Shown one piece after another: positions 49,147-56,509 of a stretch of DNA of 64,000 nt; the stretch's first letter is position 1, and each line of letters opens with the position of its first letter. A program made the translations under genes and the position numbers. Source of the stretch: a virus. The notes under the pieces were generated by a model that ran no database searches, was not told the DNA's origin, and saw nothing but the letters and a program-made list of their open reading frames with translations. Location: positions 1 through 64,000 of the IMG/VR virus record IMGVR_UViG_3300033143_005857. One strand, 5' to 3'.

Positions 49147-49518
49147 ATGTCAGTTGAAGATGAATTAGAGCCAATAAATCTAAACACATTTATTGGAAAC
49201 GACGTTTCGTGGACGTTTACGGTAAAAGACGAAAACAACGCAACACCAAATATTACTGCTGCAAAGCTTACTTTTACCTTAAAGGATGAAATTGAAGGAA
49301 CTGTGCTATTCCAAAGAAAGAATAGTGCTGCTGGTGGAGATGATACTGAAATAGAAATTACAGATGGTTCAAACGGAGAGTTTGTGTTATATATTGTGCA
49401 AACAAATACTATCAGCTTAGATATTTTTAAGACATATTATTATGATATCGAAATTGATCTTGTAAATTATGGCTTGAAAACAGTCGCACACGGAGAATTT
49501 ATTGTGAATGGTAAATAA
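49147..49518 (+). CDS. BppU-N-like fibre attachment protein
   Basis: GND...FTVKD..NIT..FTLK...ITD..NG.F...YYYDIE...GEF.V. Confidence 0.65.
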   Translation: MSVEDELEPINLNTFIGNDVSWTFTVKDENNATPNITAAKLTFTLKDEIEGTVLFQRKNSAAGGDDTEIEITDGSNGEFVLYIVQTNTISLDIFKTYYYDIEIDLVNYGLKTVAHGEFIVNGK

Positions 49519-49554
49519 CGTTTACGTAAATGAAATATAACGTTTACGTAAACG
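49517..49554. repeat. Tandem palindrome pair, site C
   Basis: Fills the gap between two convergent stop codons; exact reverse complement of 7506-7543. Confidence 0.9.
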
Positions 49555-50580
49555 TTAATCATAAATTGGATTTCGTCTACCACAATCTTCTGGACAGTAG
49601 CCTTTTTTTCTTATTTCGTGGCATGTTGGCATGTAATAGTCTTTGTGCATAATACTTCTAAACTTTCTGCCAAGATGTCCAGAATGACGTCGTTTCCGTG
49701 CTGTTCCGAAATAGTGGTTAAATTCGTTGCTTGTAAACGATTTTCTTAGTATTGCAATAATTTCCTCAACTGAATATGGTATGCTTGTTGCTTGCTGGTC
49801 TTTTAGGTATAAAACAAGTAAGAATTTACCTTCACCGCTTAGATTCGGTGAACTTAGCCATGTTTGAACACACGGAGGAAATAGTTTGTATTCTACTTCT
49901 ACTTTTACGTCGATATCCATTAGATTTGCTGCTATGTTTTCAAAGTCCATGTATAGATATTCATCTATATCCCAGCGTTGTAGACTTAATAGATATTTGC
50001 CAGCGAAACCACTCACAAAGTGTTGTTGTGAAGCATATTCATGAAACCATGATTCGCTTCGCTTCGTTCTAAATACTTTTTCATGTAATGGCACGCAATA
50101 ACGTAATCCTTTAAAATTATACGTGTTTGGATAGCGAAAGATACGAGACGTGTCTCCAATTACTTTAGGATCGTTTTTAATTTGTATTTGATGTTGTAAA
50201 AACCGTTGAAAATTGCCTATTGATTCTTTCTTGTTTGATACAACACCGTCTGTAAATATTAAACACTGAGTTCCACGACCGCTAAACTGATTATATCGTA
50301 ATATATCATATTTGTCGCACCAAGCATTTATTTTATAAATATCGTCTAACCAATCATCATCAAAATCAAAAAATACTTTATCGATGACTGCTGTGCTTCG
50401 GTCTAATTCGCCTTCTTCTGTTAATGTTCTAAATTTATATACGCTAATGTAGAGATCGTTAGTTTTTATGTATTTTTTAATGTAGTCATCACGTTGTTCA
50501 GCAGTAAAAGCAATAAAACGCTGTCGTGGATTTCCCATAGAACGAGGGAAATCGGAAATTAAGTTAGCAGATTTGGTCAT
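49555..50580 (-). CDS. priS: Archaeo-eukaryotic primase (PriS) fused to a PriL-CTD-like Cys domain
   Basis: DKVFFDFD, FSGRG, DTSRIFRYPNTYN, then PPC...YYMPTC..I...GYCPEDC. Confidence 0.85.
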   Translation of the reverse strand: MTKSANLISDFPRSMGNPRQRFIAFTAEQRDDYIKKYIKTNDLYISVYKFRTLTEEGELDRSTAVIDKVFFDFDDDWLDDIYKINAWCDKYDILRYNQFSGRGTQCLIFTDGVVSNKKESIGNFQRFLQHQIQIKNDPKVIGDTSRIFRYPNTYNFKGLRYCVPLHEKVFRTKRSESWFHEYASQQHFVSGFAGKYLLSLQRWDIDEYLYMDFENIAANLMDIDVKVEVEYKLFPPCVQTWLSSPNLSGEGKFLLVLYLKDQQATSIPYSVEEIIAILRKSFTSNEFNHYFGTARKRRHSGHLGRKFRSIMHKDYYMPTCHEIRKKGYCPEDCGRRNPIYD

Positions 50581-50825
50581 TCTAATTGTTCCATTTTGAG
50601 TTTTTTGCGATATTTGTTGGCAAGTGTTTTGTCTTGACGATCAAGAAATGTTCTATAACCTTCATCTGTTTTGTATGCGTTTAATGACCTTTTTCTATTT
50701 TTTCGTGCAAATGCTTTATTGATTCTATTTGGTCTATGTGGACAATTAACACAAGGCAAAGATAGGTCGCATAAAAGCACATTTCTACATGCGTTTTTAC
50801 TGTTTAAGTTTTTCTTTTTTACCAT
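50577..50825 (-). CDS. Small Cys-rich basic protein
   Basis: ORF track. Confidence 0.45.
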   Translation of the reverse strand: MVKKKNLNSKNACRNVLLCDLSLPCVNCPHRPNRINKAFARKNRKRSLNAYKTDEGYRTFLDRQDKTLANKYRKKLKMEQLE

Positions 50826-51813
50826 ATCCCATCAACTTTACATGTTTTATATTTGCTTTAATTCTTTTCTTTGCTAATAAAATAGCTTTCTTATTTTTAT
50901 CTATACCTATAAATTGTCGATTTAATTTTTTAGCAACAAGTAATGTAGTTCCACTACCACAGAATGCGTCTAATACAAGATCATATTCATTAGAAGATGT
51001 TTTGATTATTCTTTCAAGTAATGATTCTGGTTTTTGTGTAGGATAGTTAAGATTTTCTTTAGAGGACGAACTTAAATATGTTATATCATCCCATAACGAA
51101 TGAACTCTTTGTCCAGCATAATTATCAGCATAAATCTTATAACGCAACTTGCCATTACTTGTAAAATAAAATATACGGTTGTTTTTAGCCCACCTTTCAT
51201 CAATTGTTTTTTGTGACCATCTCCAACCAATATCTGTTGTTTTAACAACCTTTTTTCCACTTGGATAATAAAATGTTCGTGTTTCTCCATTAAATTTGAA
51301 ATTTTGTTTTTGTTCTAAACTTGCAATTGGGTTAAATTTTCTATTAGTTATAGGTTCTATATAACTAAATTTGGTTAGATTTTTGTTAGATCTATATTGA
51401 ATATTAAATGTATAGATTGTAGACTTAACGTAAAAAAGGATAGTATCAGTAATATTATCATATTCGTTGCTTAAATCGTGTGGTGAACATCTTTTCCATA
51501 TTATCTTACTTTTCATATTTTTATAACCAAATATATTGTCGCACACTACTCTAAGATAACTATCTGCATGATAATCACAATGTAAATAAAAACTACCAGT
51601 TCTTTTTAATATTCGGTAAATTTCCATAACTCTAACTTTTATAAATTGAATATAATCCATTATAGAATAAAATTTATCATTAAACTCTACAAAATCACGC
51701 TGTGTAAAAAATGGTGGGTCGATGTAGCATAGATCAACACTTTCATTAGGAAGATTTTGCAGAATCTCTAAATTATCTCCACAAATTATTTTTTTAATTG
51801 ACTTTTTTACCAT
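50797..51813 (-). CDS. Beta-class N6A/N4C DNA methyltransferase
   Basis: IDPPF (motif IV) before YPTQKP and DAFCGSGTT (motif I). Confidence 0.9.
   Translation of the reverse strand: MVKKSIKKIICGDNLEILQNLPNESVDLCYIDPPFFTQRDFVEFNDKFYSIMDYIQFIKVRVMEIYRILKRTGSFYLHCDYHADSYLRVVCDNIFGYKNMKSKIIWKRCSPHDLSNEYDNITDTILFYVKSTIYTFNIQYRSNKNLTKFSYIEPITNRKFNPIASLEQKQNFKFNGETRTFYYPSGKKVVKTTDIGWRWSQKTIDERWAKNNRIFYFTSNGKLRYKIYADNYAGQRVHSLWDDITYLSSSSKENLNYPTQKPESLLERIIKTSSNEYDLVLDAFCGSGTTLLVAKKLNRQFIGIDKNKKAILLAKKRIKANIKHVKLMGYGKKEKLKQ
50814..50840. repeat. 27-bp direct repeat flanking the MTase (copy 1; copy 2 at 51802-51828)
   Basis: CTTTTTTACCATATCCCATCAACTTTA in both places. Confidence 0.85.
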
Positions 51814-52120
51814 ATCCCATCAACTTTATATGCTTGATTTTTGGTTCTTTTACTGGTATTTTACAATTTTTACATACTCCAGCAGTAATACTAACTCTTT
51901 TTTCTTTACAATAGCCGACAAGCTTCCATGTTTCCTTTACTTCGCTGCTTTCTTTACTATCAGTAAAAAATGGACAAAAAGGTAATTTGGCTTTACAAAC
52001 TGGACAGACTAACTTTCCTTCCTTATCTTGCGTGAAATTAAATGCTTCCTCTGTAAAACCGCACTTTTCACACGAATAGATGTTATGTCCGTAATGTTTC
52101 ATCGATATTCTTGTTGTCAT
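51794..52120 (-). CDS. Zn-finger protein
   Basis: CEKC, CPVC, CKNC. Confidence 0.55.
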   Translation of the reverse strand: MTTRISMKHYGHNIYSCEKCGFTEEAFNFTQDKEGKLVCPVCKAKLPFCPFFTDSKESSEVKETWKLVGYCKEKRVSITAGVCKNCKIPVKEPKIKHIKLMGYGKKVN

Positions 52121-52384
52121 TTAATAAACCTCATAACTTCCTTTAATAAACGACCTTATTAGTATTATATAACCAATAATAATAAAGATAAATAATATTC
52201 CAATAGCACACAATATTATAATCCACCAACTATTTAATTCAACAAGTAAAAATAAATATCCGCTTTGATAATTATCAATTATTGTAAATAGTAGCAATGT
52301 AAACACAATAAAACTTAGTGCAACAAGACTACCAACCAAAACAAAAAACCAAGCAGCAACCAAATTATTTTTAAATTTAATCAT
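52121..52384 (-). CDS. Two-TM membrane protein
   Basis: Two hydrophobic helices. Confidence 0.55.
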   Translation of the reverse strand: MIKFKNNLVAAWFFVLVGSLVALSFIVFTLLLFTIIDNYQSGYLFLLVELNSWWIIILCAIGILFIFIIIGYIILIRSFIKGSYEVY

Positions 52385-53060
52385 TTTCTTGTTCTCCTAT
52401 ATCATCAAAGATAATTGGGATTAATGTTTGAAAATAGTTTAGAACTTCTAACATTATTTCTCTAATTTGTGGATGAGCGTATTTGCTTGTTCTCAGCTTA
52501 AGAATATGTCGCCACTCTGTAGGATTTGCACTTATTACAATATGTGTTTTAACATCAATTGGCAATACACCTCTTGCTTCTTGTGGAGTTTTACCTTCCT
52601 CTATTAATGTTTTGTAAGTAGATTCAGCAACAAGCATATTTTGCAGCCAATAGTGTGCTGGAGTAATAGGCTCATACATGAAATCTATTGGCATATTGAG
52701 TTTTTGAGTTGCTTCTTTAATCCATAAAGGTTTGATAACAGTTAATTCTCTGTTATGTTTTTCCTTATTGTAATTGCAATAACGAGTGCTTTCTTGTGCA
52801 TAACTTGCCAATCGATGTCTAACCAATTCGTGACTTAAACCACGATTACTAATTATATCAACTGTTATTAATCCACCATGCTCAAGCATAGCAAAATGCC
52901 CTTTAGCAACAAGGTCTTTGCATAATTTTTTATAACTGTTCTTAGTTATACGTTCCTCTGATTTATAGCAAACACGTGCTATTCGTTCAATTCTCTTAAG
53001 CATTTTTATACCGTCTAAGTCCTCATGTATAAACCAATTTTGCTCTATTACCTTTACCAT
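52377..53060 (-). CDS. thyX: FAD-dependent thymidylate synthase
   Basis: ARVCY, LEH, ELVRHRLASYAQESTRY, ARGVLP, AHPQIR. Confidence 0.95.
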   Translation of the reverse strand: MVKVIEQNWFIHEDLDGIKMLKRIERIARVCYKSEERITKNSYKKLCKDLVAKGHFAMLEHGGLITVDIISNRGLSHELVRHRLASYAQESTRYCNYNKEKHNRELTVIKPLWIKEATQKLNMPIDFMYEPITPAHYWLQNMLVAESTYKTLIEEGKTPQEARGVLPIDVKTHIVISANPTEWRHILKLRTSKYAHPQIREIMLEVLNYFQTLIPIIFDDIGEQEND

Positions 53061-53924
53061 TTAATTCACAACTTTTTTGAAAGTTAATACATATTCATGA
53101 TATTTTACTGTTCTCCGCTGCTTTCGCACGGCATTATCTACTCCGCTCACAAATGGTGTTCGAATTACATTTATCACAACATCCCATAATTCAAACCCAG
53201 CAGCCATGAAAAGTGTAATTGTATCGCCACTAAACCAGTGATATTTTCCATTTCGTCTAAAATCATTTACAACATAAGTGACAAACTTGTTTGGTTTTAA
53301 TATCTCATACAATATCTCAATTATAAAACCGTAATCAACCAAGAATGCTTCATACGTTTTAATGTCGCTTAGTTGTCCGTCGCAAGACTCGTATCTCTCT
53401 ACATTCCAATATGGAGGGCTTGTGTAGATGTAATCAAAGAACTCACTCAAATTACCATTTGTATCAAAATCTTTAGCGTCTCCAAGTGTTAGGTGGATAT
53501 TTTTAGCCCATTCTTTGCCAGACGCAATAAGCTCTTTGACACGCTGGTCAACGTTATCGTAATAACTTTCAACAATTTCATTACCGTATCCTTGTCTACC
53601 AAAGTAAGCAGCAATAATACTTGTAGTTCCACGATTCATAAATGGATCTAAAACTTTATCCCCTTCGTCAGACCAAATCTGCAAGCAACGTTTAGCAATG
53701 TCTGGATTGAACTCAGAAAGTGGTTGTTTACCATTACCGTCTCGATATCGTTCCATACTATCATCTTTGACGAGCCGTGTCAATTCTTTTGATTTAGTAA
53801 TATCCCATATACTTTTAGGGATATAACCATATCTGTCTTTGATCTTGCCTTCTGTAATAACAGTTTCCTTTCCAAGCAAGCCCTTAATTTTCATTCGTTT
53901 TCCGTTTTTTATTAATTTTGCCAT
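53061..53924 (-). CDS. DNA methyltransferase (SPPY type, probably N4C or N6A)
   Basis: DPFMNRGT then TSPPYW, HEYVLTF. Confidence 0.85.
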   Translation of the reverse strand: MAKLIKNGKRMKIKGLLGKETVITEGKIKDRYGYIPKSIWDITKSKELTRLVKDDSMERYRDGNGKQPLSEFNPDIAKRCLQIWSDEGDKVLDPFMNRGTTSIIAAYFGRQGYGNEIVESYYDNVDQRVKELIASGKEWAKNIHLTLGDAKDFDTNGNLSEFFDYIYTSPPYWNVERYESCDGQLSDIKTYEAFLVDYGFIIEILYEILKPNKFVTYVVNDFRRNGKYHWFSGDTITLFMAAGFELWDVVINVIRTPFVSGVDNAVRKQRRTVKYHEYVLTFKKVVN

Positions 53925-54270
53925 AGTTCATCAACTTTTTTTGTATTTTTATATATTTAATTGCTGGTTTATCCTCTGGATACGTGCTCGCAAACGGCAT
54001 ATAGAGTTTTGGTTTATTGTCTTTAATCCCACGTTGATTCCATGCAACTTTGCAAATTATTTCCCCAAATCGTTTATCTTTTTGGTTGTAGGTTTGAAAC
54101 CCATATTTCCAATAAGTTTTACATTTACGGTTCATACAGTGAATCAGTGTCATCTCTGTGTGAAAGTAATAAGAAAAACTACTTTTTTTGCACGATGGAC
54201 ATATAGGCAGCGACATATTTGCCTCTTTCATCCATATTTCGTTTTGAGCATATTTTGGTTTTTTTGCCAT
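53884..54270 (-). CDS. Zn-ribbon protein
   Basis: CPSC...CMNRKC...WNQR. Confidence 0.55.
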   Translation of the reverse strand: MAKKPKYAQNEIWMKEANMSLPICPSCKKSSFSYYFHTEMTLIHCMNRKCKTYWKYGFQTYNQKDKRFGEIICKVAWNQRGIKDNKPKLYMPFASTYPEDKPAIKYIKIQKKLMNYGKINKKRKTNEN

Positions 54271-54845
54271 TTATTATTCCTCTTTATAAATTCTGCGTCG
54301 TTTAGTATGTAATAAGTTAGCAAGATTTGTTCGATATACCCTAACATCGCAATAATCTTCGTTTTCATGCCAACGACGCAATTTATCTTGCAATTCAGTA
54401 TTTGCTTCCATTTTAATCACTTAATAGTGCATATCTGTTGGATGCTGCCAGTCAAATGGTGGATTATGTGTTATTGCTGCAAATTCTTCTTTTGGTATTT
54501 TTCTTTGAATGAAATGATCTTCTAAATTTGGGATAACACCAAACATTCCACATTTACATTTATTACACGGTTCATAGGCATACATATCTTGTGTGCCTTT
54601 TTCTTTAGCCCAATCAATCGGACGTTGGCATTCATCGCATTTTTTAGTCATTTTTAACCATTCCAACAATTTTTTTAACTCCAATAAATTGATTACATAC
54701 TTTACAACAACCTCTTTCAATATCAAGATGTGGGCAAAAACGTTCTAAAAGTATGTCTATTAGCGAGGATGTATAACCATATTGCTGATTAGCCCGCTTA
54801 TCGTTAAGCAACGCTTTTATAAATTTATCATTTTTTTCGCTCATT

Positions 54846-55898
54846 TTAATCTTCATCCATTACATGCTCAATTTCAAGCCACCTTGGATTGAATTCACAC
54901 AAATCCCAGTAATAACCACACCATTCAAAGCAAGCATCTTTAGGAATAGGTTTAAACATTCCTTTGTTTAAGCGTTCCCAATACCTATCAATTTGTTGCT
55001 GCACTGAACGTAATATATGACTATTTATTTTAACCAATTCTCTTGTCTTGTTAATGTCTTGAAAGAATAGCATAGCACCATAGTAGAACTCTGGTTTAAA
55101 ACCAAGAACATCTTCAATGGGGAGTAGTGTTTCATCATCTTGAACAACTGCAACGTTATCTCCTTGCATTAATAAGGCATAAAACCCAATCTCACGGTTA
55201 ATGGCAGATTTATGATATTGATTTGAAAAGTATTTTGGTTTTCCATACTTATATTCAACCATAGCAAATACATCGTTGGTTGTTCTATCGATTCGGTCAA
55301 TAATCCCAATCAAATTGTTGCTATAATTTTCAACTTTCAATTCATTTGCTACTGGAAATACATATCGTTCAATAATCTCTCTTGACTTTCCAAGTTCATT
55401 GTAAATTCCATTAATCCTTTCTGTTTCAAACCAACAGAAGTTTGCAGCCATTTTCAATACGAACTTTGTGTCTTGTCCTTTAGGAATTATTTCAAGATAT
55501 TTATCCCATATTAACTTGTAAACGCTATTGATTCCGTCGTCTGTGTCTGTGTTGTAGCCGAGATCTATAAAGTCTTTTGGTTTAAGTTTTTTATTCCATA
55601 TTGTCTCGTTTGCAAAATGCAAGTTCAAGCCGTCTATCATGATTCTGGTTCTATTGTCTAACGTGCATTTTACAATGTAGTTGCATTTAAACTGAAACGG
55701 ACAGTAGTGGCAAGCATTTAACCGAGATTTGCTTAGAAATTGTAAATTGTCTAAGATAGTATTAAAATCTGGTATGTCTGCCAAAGTAAATTTTCTTGTG
55801 ACTGTGCCGTCTGAATGGTATAAGATTCTAAACGCTTTTTCAAGATCTTCTTGCGTTCTATCCTTTTTACGTATTATTGCCAATGCTCCACTGCTCAT
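54846..55898 (-). CDS. Cas4/AddB-like PD-(D/E)XK exonuclease with Fe-S cysteines
   Basis: LSKS...CP, GIIDRID, EYKYG, C..C.....C. Confidence 0.8.
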   Translation of the reverse strand: MSSGALAIIRKKDRTQEDLEKAFRILYHSDGTVTRKFTLADIPDFNTILDNLQFLSKSRLNACHYCPFQFKCNYIVKCTLDNRTRIMIDGLNLHFANETIWNKKLKPKDFIDLGYNTDTDDGINSVYKLIWDKYLEIIPKGQDTKFVLKMAANFCWFETERINGIYNELGKSREIIERYVFPVANELKVENYSNNLIGIIDRIDRTTNDVFAMVEYKYGKPKYFSNQYHKSAINREIGFYALLMQGDNVAVVQDDETLLPIEDVLGFKPEFYYGAMLFFQDINKTRELVKINSHILRSVQQQIDRYWERLNKGMFKPIPKDACFEWCGYYWDLCEFNPRWLEIEHVMDED

Positions 55899-55909
55899 TT
55901 TATAGTCTC

Positions 55910-56422
55910 CTAATGTATCATTTTTTTACAATGTGGACAGAAAATACCAAATTTAAATGATAGAATTGTTAGCTCGTTATTGCATGTAGGACATAATATA
56001 GTAGAATTTGCAACACATTTGAATCTTATACCTAAGTTATTAACAAATGTTTTTCCAGCAACAGCAAGGTCTTCATCAACCATTCCGTTTACATATTCGT
56101 TTTCTTCTAATACTACTAAACCGCTTCTAATACCACACATACTAAAATATTGTGTGCAATATTCGAAAGGGATTTTTTCGTTTTTTATTACTCCAGTTTT
56201 ACTGCATATATTTGCAGCAAGGTCAAAATATTTACAAGGTTTTTTGCTTTCAACAATACCTATACGGTCTTCAGCCATTGCAGAAAGAGTAATAAGATCC
56301 ATTTTCATTTTTATCAACACGTTCATGTGTTTACAACCTCGAAGAAGTTGCTTATACATATCTAATGGTTGATTGGAGTAATGTCGTTCTTGTTCTTCGC
56401 TTATTTCGTGTTTTTCTTCCAT
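55910..56422 (-). CDS. Cys-rich hypothetical protein
   Basis: Multiple Cys pairs; GGTGA RBS. Confidence 0.55.
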   Translation of the reverse strand: MEEKHEISEEQERHYSNQPLDMYKQLLRGCKHMNVLIKMKMDLITLSAMAEDRIGIVESKKPCKYFDLAANICSKTGVIKNEKIPFEYCTQYFSMCGIRSGLVVLEENEYVNGMVDEDLAVAGKTFVNNLGIRFKCVANSTILCPTCNNELTILSFKFGIFCPHCKKMIH

Positions 56423-56436
56423 TTAGTTCACCTTAA

Positions 56437-56509
56437 CGGGAAAAGAGGGCTTTGAACCCTCACCTTCTCAGTGCTAACCAAGACGTGCAACCAAATACAC
56501 TATTTTCCC
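56437..56509 (-). tRNA. tRNA-like element with aberrant 8-nt anticodon loop (identity unassignable)
   Basis: Acceptor GGGAAAA/TTTTCCC+G, D-stem GTGT/GCAC, anticodon stem TCTTG/TGAGA, T-arm GAGGG-TTCAAAG-CCCTC; no encoded CCA. Confidence 0.7.

Noticed and set aside
54846-55898. Cas4 as evidence of a CRISPR-Cas locus
   Set aside because: No array or other cas genes. Stand-alone Cas4-like exonucleases with Sak4 and SSB are typical viral recombination modules.
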